In this document: piece by piece, positions 55,349-64,000 of the stretch
Position numbering within the stretch: the stretch's first letter is position 1
Layout: each line of letters opens with the position of its first letter
Assembly (NCBI GenBank): GCA_963837175.1
Contig: CAWIMJ010000009.1
Coordinates: forward strand, 65,968 to 129,967
Direction of reading: 5' to 3'
Origin: an uncultured Nitrososphaeraceae archaeon
Lineage (GTDB): Archaea > Thermoproteota > Nitrososphaeria > Nitrososphaerales > Nitrososphaeraceae
Length of the DNA stretch: 64,000 bases
The notes under the pieces: generated by a model
The model's input: only the letters and a program-made list of their open reading frames with translations
Told to the model about the DNA's origin: nothing
Databases searched by the model: none
Position numbers and translations under genes: made by a program

Positions 55349-55522
55349 TTAATTAGTTAAAGTATGTTCGTCTAAAAGTTCTCTATTATTACTTTTCTTG
55401 CTTATTGGATTTTTGTCATTATTATCTTCTTTTCTTCTTCTTCCAGTATACCATGAAAATCCAAGTACCCCCAATATTCCTCCAAGAACACCAAGGCTAA
55501 TCCCAAGACATTCTGCTGGCAT
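55349..55522 (-). CDS. 57-aa single-TM small protein
   Basis: LGISLGVLGGILGVLGFSWY followed by RRRK. Confidence 0.45.
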   Translation of the reverse strand: MPAECLGISLGVLGGILGVLGFSWYTGRRRKEDNNDKNPISKKSNNRELLDEHTLTN

Positions 55523-56202
55523 GATACTCTAACTAGATATATAGAAACACTATTTCTTTAATTTTACGGTAAAATGATAATTAGGAGCTATCTTAAATAT
55601 AACAACGATACCTTAATTGAAATAAGTATTATGATATGAGCAACATTTGAGCTACTAATGAAACTTGCAGCTAATATGCTATTACTGATGGAATAGAGTA
55701 GCTGGTGAAGGTTAAAAGAGGAAGTAGAACAAAACAAGATAAGAAAAATTAATTAACATCATTATTGTCTTAAGACATTAGGGATTTTGTAAAAGATAGT
55801 TATCAACTATCTGGATCTGTTGTGAAAAGACGTTTCGCATATATATCTCCTCTTATTTTGCCGACTTTGAAAATGCCTTTAAAATTAAAATACTAAGTAC
55901 TATTATGATTATTCGATAAAGTAACAAAGCTAATTATTAATTATCATCAAATTCTTTTATCTAAATGATCTACTGTATATCGAACATTTTATCATCCTAT
56001 ATCGCACATATATATCATACAGGAAATTTAAGTGTAGATTCTTCAAGTTCCAGAATAGGTACGTATAATGATTGTGTATCAGTACCAGTGCTATCTACAA
56101 AAATGAATTGACCTGTCAATCTTTTTAATTCAATGAATTTCTTGGTTGGCTTTTCATTCAGTACAATTAATGGATGACAATACTGGTAATAGCTCCAGTC
56201 TA

Positions 56203-56403
56203 TTTTGTATCATGAATATACCCTTTAGTTATTCCAAAAGAAACTACTTTCTTTGAATTTTTAATCAACAGCAATATGCACTTTAATGAAATCCTTTTTC
56301 TCGCGTATCCATTTCTCCTCTATGTAATCACCTTCTTTGATACTGTTAGTAGTCCTCATGTATCAACTATCAGTGTTATTGGCTCCTCATTTTCGAAATG
56401 CAT
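56203..56403 (-). mobile_element. IS5-family (IS903-like) transposase fragment
   Basis: Stitched frames read PITLIVD../GDYIEEKWIREKKDFIK/VHIAVD/SKKVVSFGITKGYIHDTK. Confidence 0.75.
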
Positions 56404-56464
56404 CTCTTCAATAGAGGGTTTTTTAATTTTTGTTAACTAGATAAAGAAGAATAAAAAGATGACT

Positions 56465-57124
56465 TTAATGATATCTTGGATTCAACCACTCTATAAAACT
56501 AGCATAGTTCAAAGAACGGATATCATTCAAATAATTAGGAAGTATCTTAATAAATTTAAATCCATTATCTAATTCAAATGAGAGAACAGGATCTCTTAAC
56601 TCACCTTTGATTACTCGTTGTGCATATTCTAATGCAGACATCCTGTCTGCGTATTCACAGTAATTAAATAACCTTCCTCCTCCTATCATTCTCGGTAAAT
56701 TCAGCCTCATCGTCAATTCCTTTCTTGCGTCATACAACATCTTGCCTATTCCTTCATGTCTGAATTTTGGATGTGTTGAGATATCAGCTCCATAAAGGCT
56801 GTCTCCATTAGGGTTATGATTTGTAAACGTACCGTTTGCAGTAATCTCTATCCATGTATGTTCAGCATATTTAGGATTAGGAGTAACTACGAGACTACTT
56901 GCAGAACCAACCACTGTACCATCTGGCTCAACGGCGACGAATTGTCCTTGAGGAAAGATCCTTATATGGCTTTCAAGCTCTTCAGGACGCCATATATTGC
57001 CATAACGAGCAAGATATGGAAATGATTCTTTTTGTAAATCTACTATTTTTGAGATATCTTCTGAAACAGTATTTCTGACTATTGCTTCTCCACCTCCTCT
57101 AATATTCTGTATTGATTTTGTCAT
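56465..57124 (-). CDS. GNAT acetyltransferase of the type also found fused to CN-hydrolases
   Basis: FPQGQFVA, SLYGADISTHPKFRHEGIG, DPVLSF, EWLNP. Confidence 0.88.
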   Translation of the reverse strand: MTKSIQNIRGGGEAIVRNTVSEDISKIVDLQKESFPYLARYGNIWRPEELESHIRIFPQGQFVAVEPDGTVVGSASSLVVTPNPKYAEHTWIEITANGTFTNHNPNGDSLYGADISTHPKFRHEGIGKMLYDARKELTMRLNLPRMIGGGRLFNYCEYADRMSALEYAQRVIKGELRDPVLSFELDNGFKFIKILPNYLNDIRSLNYASFIEWLNPRYH

Positions 57125-57296
57125 TGTAATTTATGATACTTACTTTAATCGAAAGCTCCTACATATAAGGTTAGAGATATTATAACTTAAGTTAATTAAT
57201 TTAGTATACGCAACCAATATTGGCTGTGGGCTAGATGACATAGTGCTCATAGTCAGAAATTCTGTTTTTTTGAAATAGATTTAGATTCCCTTATAT

Positions 57297-58869
57297 TCAC
57301 ACAACACAAGTCTGGCTTTGCTCTCGCATAAATTGTGCCAGATAATATGGTCCTCCAGCCCCTTTGCCTGTTGTACCTGAATGTTTCCAGCCACCAAATG
57401 GCTGACACCCCACCATAGCTCCTGTGGTAGCACTGATATCTCTGTTTACATATACTACGCCAGCTTCAATATTGTCAAGGAACCTTTTAACTTCTTGTTT
57501 TTTATTACTGTAAATTCCTGCTGTCAGCCCATAGTCTGATTGATTACAAAGTCCTAGGACTTCGTCAAACTCATCATATTCTGCTATACACAAAATTGGC
57601 ATAAACAATTCTTCTCTGATCAATCTGTGATTTTTAGGCAGGTTGTCTATGATGGTTGGTTCCACATAGTATCCATACTTGAAATCACCATCCTTTTTAG
57701 TAGATCCGCCTATCACTACATTGCCATCTCTAAACGCAAGTTCAGTATATTTTTGATAATTTTTGTAGGCATTTGAATTAATCAGAGGACCTATAAAAGT
57801 ATTAGAATCAAGTGGATTTCCAATAGATAAATTTTTGGTCCTCTCTACAAGCCTTTCAACAAATTTATCCTTTACACTTTTTTGTACATAGACACGTGAG
57901 CAGGCACTACATTTTTGTCCTGAATAACCAAATGCTCGCTTTAAGAATTCCCTCAATTGCTTTGTCAAGATCCGCACTTTCTGTAACTATTACAGGATTT
58001 TTACCACCAAGCTCTGCAATTACTAGACGTGGTTTCACTTTACTAAATTCTTTTGTTATTCTATATCCTATTTCTCTTGAGCCAGTAAATACAATTCCTG
58101 CAACATCTTCACTATCAACTATTGCCTTACCGATTTTACTTCCAGAACCTGTTATAAAGTTCAAAACTCCAGCAGGCAAACCTGCCTCTTTCATAATTTC
58201 GGCAAATTTATAGCCTATTATAGGAGCATCACTCGAAGGCTTTAAGATTATCGTATTTCCAGTAATTAAAGCTCCAATACTCATTCCAACTAAAATTGCA
58301 ATAGGAAAATTAAACGGAGAGATTACTCCCCAAACTCCATATGGTTTCATTACACTTTTGCTTTTTTCATTTGGATATGCACTTTTAGTTTGAACTCTAA
58401 ATCCATTATTCTTTTCCATCACTTCAGAATAGTATCGAATAAAATCGATGGCCTCATCAACATCTCCTATTGCTTCATATCTATTTTTGCCATTTTCATA
58501 AGAAATCCATGCCGCCAGCTCAAACTTACGTCTAATCATAATATCAACAGCGTTTCTGCAGAGTTCTATGCGTTTGTTATAATCAGTTTTACCCCAACTT
58601 TCAAATGCCTTTTTAGCAGCCTTAATTGCGTCCTCCGTATGTTTAGCTGTGCTACTTGGAAAATATCCAAGTACTATTCTTGTATCTATAGGTGAAGTCT
58701 GAACAAAAGTTTCTGATGATTCAACATTTTCATCATCAATAATCATTGTGTATCTTCTACCAAATTCGGATTTGATGTTTTCAATTGCTTCTTCATATCT
58801 GTTATGAAATGCTTCCTCTCCTTTTGATACCACAAATTTACGCAGAGTATTCTCATTCTCATACGTCAT
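57297..58869 (-). CDS. 1-pyrroline-5-carboxylate dehydrogenase (RocA/PruA type), split by a one-base frameshift near 57936
   Basis: ISPFNFP, FTGS, AELGGKN in frame 1; FGYSGQKCSACSR, EELF, QPFGG in frame 2. Confidence 0.9.
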
Positions 58870-59124
58870 AAAATAATGTTACCTGAAGAGCCATAAAAGC
58901 TATCAGCACCCCTAGAAAATTTCTTGGAGTCAGAGAGAGCGGGAGAAACTGTAGATTGCAGGTAACACGAAAGTGTTGATTAAATGGTGAATTAATAAAA
59001 AGCGAAGGTTAAGTTTTAAAAGCTTTCCTGAAAGCATCTATTTATTCTAGTGTCCAAGAGCTGCGGGTATCTGACTATAAGACCTTTTTTTAGAAGCGTT
59101 AATAGATAACTTTCTGCAATATAT

Positions 59125-60045
59125 ATGTTAATTGTGACCAAAAACTGGTATGAAGAAATATCACATTCGCATAACTATGCTCTATTAGAAAGACTGTTAT
59201 TTAGAGTAGCCAAAAAGTGGATATCTGGATATACCTATAAAGATGCAATGTCAGCAGCCAAAGAAACCAACAATAAACAAATGTTTGCTATTTTGAATTA
59301 CCTTGGCGAAGAAAGTATTGATGTCAAGCAGATTGAGCAGACAGTAAATGAATATTGTTCATTGCTGGATCTTTTAAAAAGTAACGAAATAGAAGGTTGC
59401 ATATCAGTAAAACCAACACAAATCGGGCTAAGAATTAGTTATGAAACATGTTTGCATAATTTCAAACAGATCGCTAATAAAGCAAAAAGTTTGGGCAAAT
59501 TTATGTGGATAGATATTGAATCTTTTCAATTCGTTGAAAATACAATAGCAATTTACCTTGAACTTTTTAAAGACTATAAACAGACAGGGGTGGCAATACA
59601 ATCCTACCTTAAAAGAAGCTCTAGTGACTTAATGCATTTATTGGAAGAAGGAGCAAATGTTAGAGTAGTCAAAGGAGCATATAGGGGAAGTGAGAATAAT
59701 GCATTTCAATCTTCCGATAAAATCAATTCAAATTTCTCTAAATTGATGCATATGTTATTTGAAAATAGCGATAACAATGCCATCTTTGCAATTGCAACTC
59801 ATGATTCCAAACTTATCGAGGAAGCAATCGAACTATCAGAAAAATTCGAAAATATTAAGAAGCGTTTCGAATTTCAATTATTAATGGGTATTTGCGATCA
59901 GATAAAGATAAATCTTGTAGAAAGAAAATTTAAAGTATCTGAATATATCCCTTATGGAAGTCATTGGCTTCCATATTCTATCCGTAGGATCAGAGAAAGA
60001 AAGAGAAACATATTGCTATTAGCAAGATCTCTAGTTCAGTCTTAA
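59125..60045 (+). CDS. Monofunctional proline dehydrogenase
   Basis: NYLGE, SVKPTQIG, IDIE, RVVKGAY, ATHD, YIPYG..RRIRE. Confidence 0.93.
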   Translation: MLIVTKNWYEEISHSHNYALLERLLFRVAKKWISGYTYKDAMSAAKETNNKQMFAILNYLGEESIDVKQIEQTVNEYCSLLDLLKSNEIEGCISVKPTQIGLRISYETCLHNFKQIANKAKSLGKFMWIDIESFQFVENTIAIYLELFKDYKQTGVAIQSYLKRSSSDLMHLLEEGANVRVVKGAYRGSENNAFQSSDKINSNFSKLMHMLFENSDNNAIFAIATHDSKLIEEAIELSEKFENIKKRFEFQLLMGICDQIKINLVERKFKVSEYIPYGSHWLPYSIRRIRERKRNILLLARSLVQS

Positions 60046-60216
60046 GAAGAAAAGCGAAGTGCCATTATAGAAATTACTATCTTTTTTGATTAAATGCTAA
60101 ATTGAGTTTTAAAATTTTTGCTCACCAATTTTTGTATGTTGCTAACTAGAGATTGCTTAAAATAAAATTTATCTAAAGTCAGTTAGTCTTAAAATTTTTG
60201 TGCCCTTCATCTAATC

Positions 60217-60591
60217 TTAGATTTGTATTGAAATGACTATGGGTTTAGTCTTCCTAATCTTGTTTACAATTCTAATAATCTTTCCTTGCAAGCCATACTT
60301 CTGTCTAAGAAGTTGATTCGCCCGTTCTGATTCTGCCGTATTCGCGATTCTCATCTCCCCATCAATCCATTCACCCTTCGGCTGTCCACGAGCATTAGAT
60401 GGAGTTATCCGTACATGGGGATTATTTCTTGCACGTTTTATCTTGCCGGAATTGTTATCAGTTCTGACATATATCATGTTATCTTCTATGGCAAACCACA
60501 CTGGTGTTTGCACGGCTTGGTTATTTTTTCTATATGTCTCAAGATTAATGTACTTTTGATTTAAAAATTGCGCTATCTTATTTCCACTCAT
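60217..60591 (-). CDS. PPOX-class F420-dependent oxidoreductase
   Basis: YINLETYRKN..TPVWF..SGKIKRARNNP. Confidence 0.9.
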   Translation of the reverse strand: MSGNKIAQFLNQKYINLETYRKNNQAVQTPVWFAIEDNMIYVRTDNNSGKIKRARNNPHVRITPSNARGQPKGEWIDGEMRIANTAESERANQLLRQKYGLQGKIIRIVNKIRKTKPIVISIQI

Positions 60592-60883
60592 TTTTATAAC
60601 CTAACTGACTGACGTAAAGACAATATTACCAATATTCTAAAAGGACATCGTGTTTCATATGCTTTTCCTTTATTATATTGCCTACACGTGTATTTAGTAA
60701 GCATAATGATGAGATAATTATTTAGTTTCAAGCTATAAATTCATAGTATGTTTCCCTATCATAAGACTTAAATTACATGGATAACAAAAAACTTTCAAGC
60801 TTATACCTATAATAAGAAAAGATATTATTATTATTTTTTTTGTAAAGTGATAGTTTTCGAGAACTAAAAAGTTTTACCTAGTT

Positions 60884-62662
60884 TTAGTTATCACTTCTTT
60901 TATTTTCCAGAGTTATCCGTGTTCGATTGAGGATCTCAATAAGTCTAACATCTGAATCAGGATGGCTGCCGTCGTTGTTGTTCTTCTTCTTCTTGTTGTC
61001 GATGTTATGATTGAGATTATCTATTAGAATATCAATAGCTTTTATTACTGAGGTCTTTAATTCGTCAATAGGTACGAGCTCACCATTTCCGTCGCTTTCG
61101 AATTTAGCTGCCCTGATCAAGGGTATCAATTTAGACAAACTTTCACGACCCGCTTCGCTTCTACTATTAACAATAGTACGACTCATTTTAATTTCTTCAG
61201 CTTGTAGATTTAAAATCCAATTAATATATCCCAAAAGTACAAGCTGCATTAGAATTTCATTTCTTAACGAAAAAACTGCTACTCTAAAAAAGCCTAAAAC
61301 TTCTTTACAATATAACATGGTATCTAGAATTTGTTGATTCTGATGGCTTAACTCCTTTCTTTGTGATTCTAGCGATGCTATTTCATTCTTTGATTCTTTA
61401 ATTTTCTGATTTAATTGCTCTATAGCTGACTTTATGCTGCCATATTTCTCTAATTCAGAGATTAGTGATTGTTTATCTATATTACCCTCACTGCGACGAT
61501 ATCTTTCAAATAATTTAGAAAGGTCAATAATATCCTGTTCGCTTACTCCATTGTAAAAAAGTCTTTGTATTACTGGTCCTACTAGAGGTTGTGCTAGCAA
61601 TGCTGTCCGTGACGAATTTAGTCCTTTATTAAGAGCAGAAAACTCTGATCGTAGTGTATCTAATTTTGGTTCAAAGCCTAACTTGTCATCATATTGCTCT
61701 TCTACATCTTTAAAGAATTTCTGAACAGCTTGATCAGATGATATATTATTTGCCTCTGCTATTTCATTAATAGTATGCCATATTAGTTTTAGCTCTTTTA
61801 GACCAAAGCCCATTTGCTCAAGCTCATCAGATTGAGAAAGTTTTTGACGATTAAAGTTTAACATCTGTCCAAGAGAAGTGCAGAGTCCGTTAAGTGTTAC
61901 ACACTTATTTTCTAATACTGGAATAGTATGTCTATAGAATTCAAGCTGCCTTCTTAAAAATTCTTGTTCTGAAAATTCTGCTATTATTTTATTAACATCG
62001 TAACCATATTGTCCTATTCCATGAACAGCCTTGGCAAATAACGAAAGATCTTCTATAGGTATTCTGTATTTGTTTAACTCTGTCTTAAGATTTGAATACC
62101 ATTGAAGATTAGCTGTAGTCATCTTTTCATGTTTCACAGCATTGTCCCTAAGTTCCTCACTATATGATTTTTCTTGCTCTAGAGTTTGTATCTGTGTTCG
62201 CATATTTTCAATGTCTTTTTCTAATCTTCTTTTCTCACTTGCTTTTTGTTCTATATACTCACTTATTTGAGAAAGCGACATACTTTCTGAAAAATAGAGC
62301 AAGTCTTTTAAATGGGATATAATCTTTTCAGGCGAAAGATCCAATTTTTTGCAGCCATCATATATTTGTGACACAAAGGATAGAAATTCATTTTCGCCTA
62401 CTCCACATTTTATTAGGATCATAGCAATTCTAAATCCTGCTGCACATTGATTAGCAGTTATTCCAATCTTCTTCAATGTTACTGCAAGTTCTCTAAGATC
62501 GTTTGCAATAGGAATACCCAAATTTTGACGCCATTCATCAATTATGTTCGTCACTGCTCCACTGCTTGATCCAGTATCATCTGCAATTAAGTCTCTGGGC
62601 TTCCCTTCTAACCATTGCTGTATTGCCGCTGATTTAATACTATCTGGATGTCTTGTAGGCAA
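60884..62662 (-). CDS. Large coiled-coil protein with N-terminal HTH
   Basis: WLEGKPRDLIADDTGSSSGAVTNII HTH-like segment; long heptad-rich regions; no ATPase motif. Confidence 0.85.
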   Translation of the reverse strand: MPTRHPDSIKSAAIQQWLEGKPRDLIADDTGSSSGAVTNIIDEWRQNLGIPIANDLRELAVTLKKIGITANQCAAGFRIAMILIKCGVGENEFLSFVSQIYDGCKKLDLSPEKIISHLKDLLYFSESMSLSQISEYIEQKASEKRRLEKDIENMRTQIQTLEQEKSYSEELRDNAVKHEKMTTANLQWYSNLKTELNKYRIPIEDLSLFAKAVHGIGQYGYDVNKIIAEFSEQEFLRRQLEFYRHTIPVLENKCVTLNGLCTSLGQMLNFNRQKLSQSDELEQMGFGLKELKLIWHTINEIAEANNISSDQAVQKFFKDVEEQYDDKLGFEPKLDTLRSEFSALNKGLNSSRTALLAQPLVGPVIQRLFYNGVSEQDIIDLSKLFERYRRSEGNIDKQSLISELEKYGSIKSAIEQLNQKIKESKNEIASLESQRKELSHQNQQILDTMLYCKEVLGFFRVAVFSLRNEILMQLVLLGYINWILNLQAEEIKMSRTIVNSRSEAGRESLSKLIPLIRAAKFESDGNGELVPIDELKTSVIKAIDILIDNLNHNIDNKKKKNNNDGSHPDSDVRLIEILNRTRITLENKRSDN

Positions 62663-62700
62663 TCCTAGCCATATTTAACATGTCGATAATATAAATATTC

Positions 62701-62736
62701 CGTCAAATGAGTCATATTTATCGTCAAACGCGTCAT
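62701..62736. promoter_or_regulatory. Direct repeat CGTCAAAYGMGTCAT x2, 21-bp period
   Basis: CGTCAAATGAGTCAT at 62701 and CGTCAAACGCGTCAT at 62722, about 40-75 bp upstream of the 62662 start. Confidence 0.55.
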
Positions 62737-63095
62737 TATGTGATTTAGCGTATTCAAACATGAAACATCTTATCACTCAACTCAACGAACAATAAAGAAT
62801 CTAACTTATTAGGTCTTGTAAATTGTCACGGTTGGAGCAATGATATTATATTGTCTGCAAAAGTTTTAACTCCTTATAATCACAATTGGCAAATGAAGGG
62901 TCAGAGTTGAATTTTTTCTTTTGTAATAATATTTTTTTGGAAATAGACTCAAAGCCACTTACAGACTCTTTGCTCTATTACTTTTAAGAATTGAACACCA
63001 ATTAGACAGAAAGAGTGATAATACTTCTATTCTCTATCATTTTTTTGCTAGATTACATACTCTAAAGAGATCACACTTAAATTGATTGTAAAGTA

Positions 63096-63687
63096 ATGCA
63101 AAACATGCTCATAAAGTCAGTGCTGACTACATTTGTGCTACTATTAACAATAATAACTAGTAGCAGTATGATACTATCGGCACCATTTAAAATTGCACAC
63201 ATTGAAGCCCAAGATCAAAACACTACTCTTGTCGCTTCAACCCCTTCCATAATTGAGGTAACAATAGGAGACTTGATAGCTGAAGGCCCAGCCGTCTCCA
63301 CAGGCATAAGGGTTTTAGATGTAGGAACAGGAGATAAAGGTCCTAAACTTGAAGTTTCCTACATAGGAAATGCAACAATAAGAGGGGGTATAAATGCCAC
63401 AGATATGGGAACTTCATGGAGTATAACCAATCCTGATGGAACGCGCTATAGTGAGGGACAAGGTATATTGACTTCGACATCTACTGGTGAAATGGCAACC
63501 TATACTTTCCAAGCAATAGGACAATATGGCTCTGATGGTAAGTTAAGAAACCATGGTTCCGTATTCTTTAATAGTAATACATCTTCAAGCGGACAATTAT
63601 CTTTTCTAAATAACATGGTAGGAGTGTTTGCTGATGAGATAGATGCTGCCTGGAAATTCTATGACACGAATATGGGAGTTAAAATGA
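63096..63687 (+). CDS. Secreted beta-rich hypothetical protein; probable frameshift near 63650 hides the true C-terminus
   Basis: Signal peptide ending IEA/Q; removing one base gives DAAGNSMTRIWELK*. Confidence 0.7.
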
Positions 63688-64000
63688 TTGATTGATTGAT
63701 GGGAGTTAAATGAGGTGACACCATAAATGGCTCCCATTTCAGATTCGAGAAGAGTGTTGTTGTATTGACTCTTGAGGACTGGAGAAATAAGTCGATAAAA
63801 GGAGATGTCTATGCAATACCCAGATTTCAATTCACTCCTAATTCAAGTGAATGTCCAATATTTCTTGTTCATTATTGCTATGAACATCTTAAAAGTCATC
63901 TTCATTCTGTAACTGCTAAGTACGGTTCTCTAAGCTCACACACAGAGACAGCAGTCACGAAAGAAGCAAATGAATAAGAGAAAATCTACGAAATAATAGT

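Noticed and set aside
58883-58910. CTGAAGA as a hammerhead ribozyme core
   Set aside because: No GAAA after a stem II and no stems I/III
63606-63977. Terminal short ORFs
   Set aside because: Overlapping and motif-free; cannot be supported

Overview
AT-rich (roughly 30% GC by eye) archaeal chromosome segment. The gene set points to a soil ammonia-oxidising archaeon (Nitrososphaeraceae, Thaumarchaeota): an Nmar_0206-type ADP-forming 4-hydroxybutyryl-CoA synthetase, FEN1, a DUF106/EMC3 insertase, several cupredoxins, solo receiver domains, fused AhbAB and an F420-dependent PPOX protein. Housekeeping genes are separated by long AT-rich spacers with microsatellites, small secreted or membrane ORFs and many gene relics (ZIP transporter, cupredoxin, RHH-family gene, IS5 transposase). 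I found no rRNA, tRNA or CRISPR array. The most notable observations are: (1) a lipoyl-carrier (GcvH-like)-TusA fusion convergent with a rhodanese; (2) a secreted protein with three identical amphipathic peptide cores; (3) an archaeal Ku with no LigD in the window; (4) a solo Cas4-like nuclease behind a perfect 25-bp palindrome; (5) a class III cyclase missing its catalytic aspartates; (6) six frameshifts at or next to GCWGC, which may be a methylation-linked sequencing artefact. All calls come from motif recognition by eye; no searches were run.
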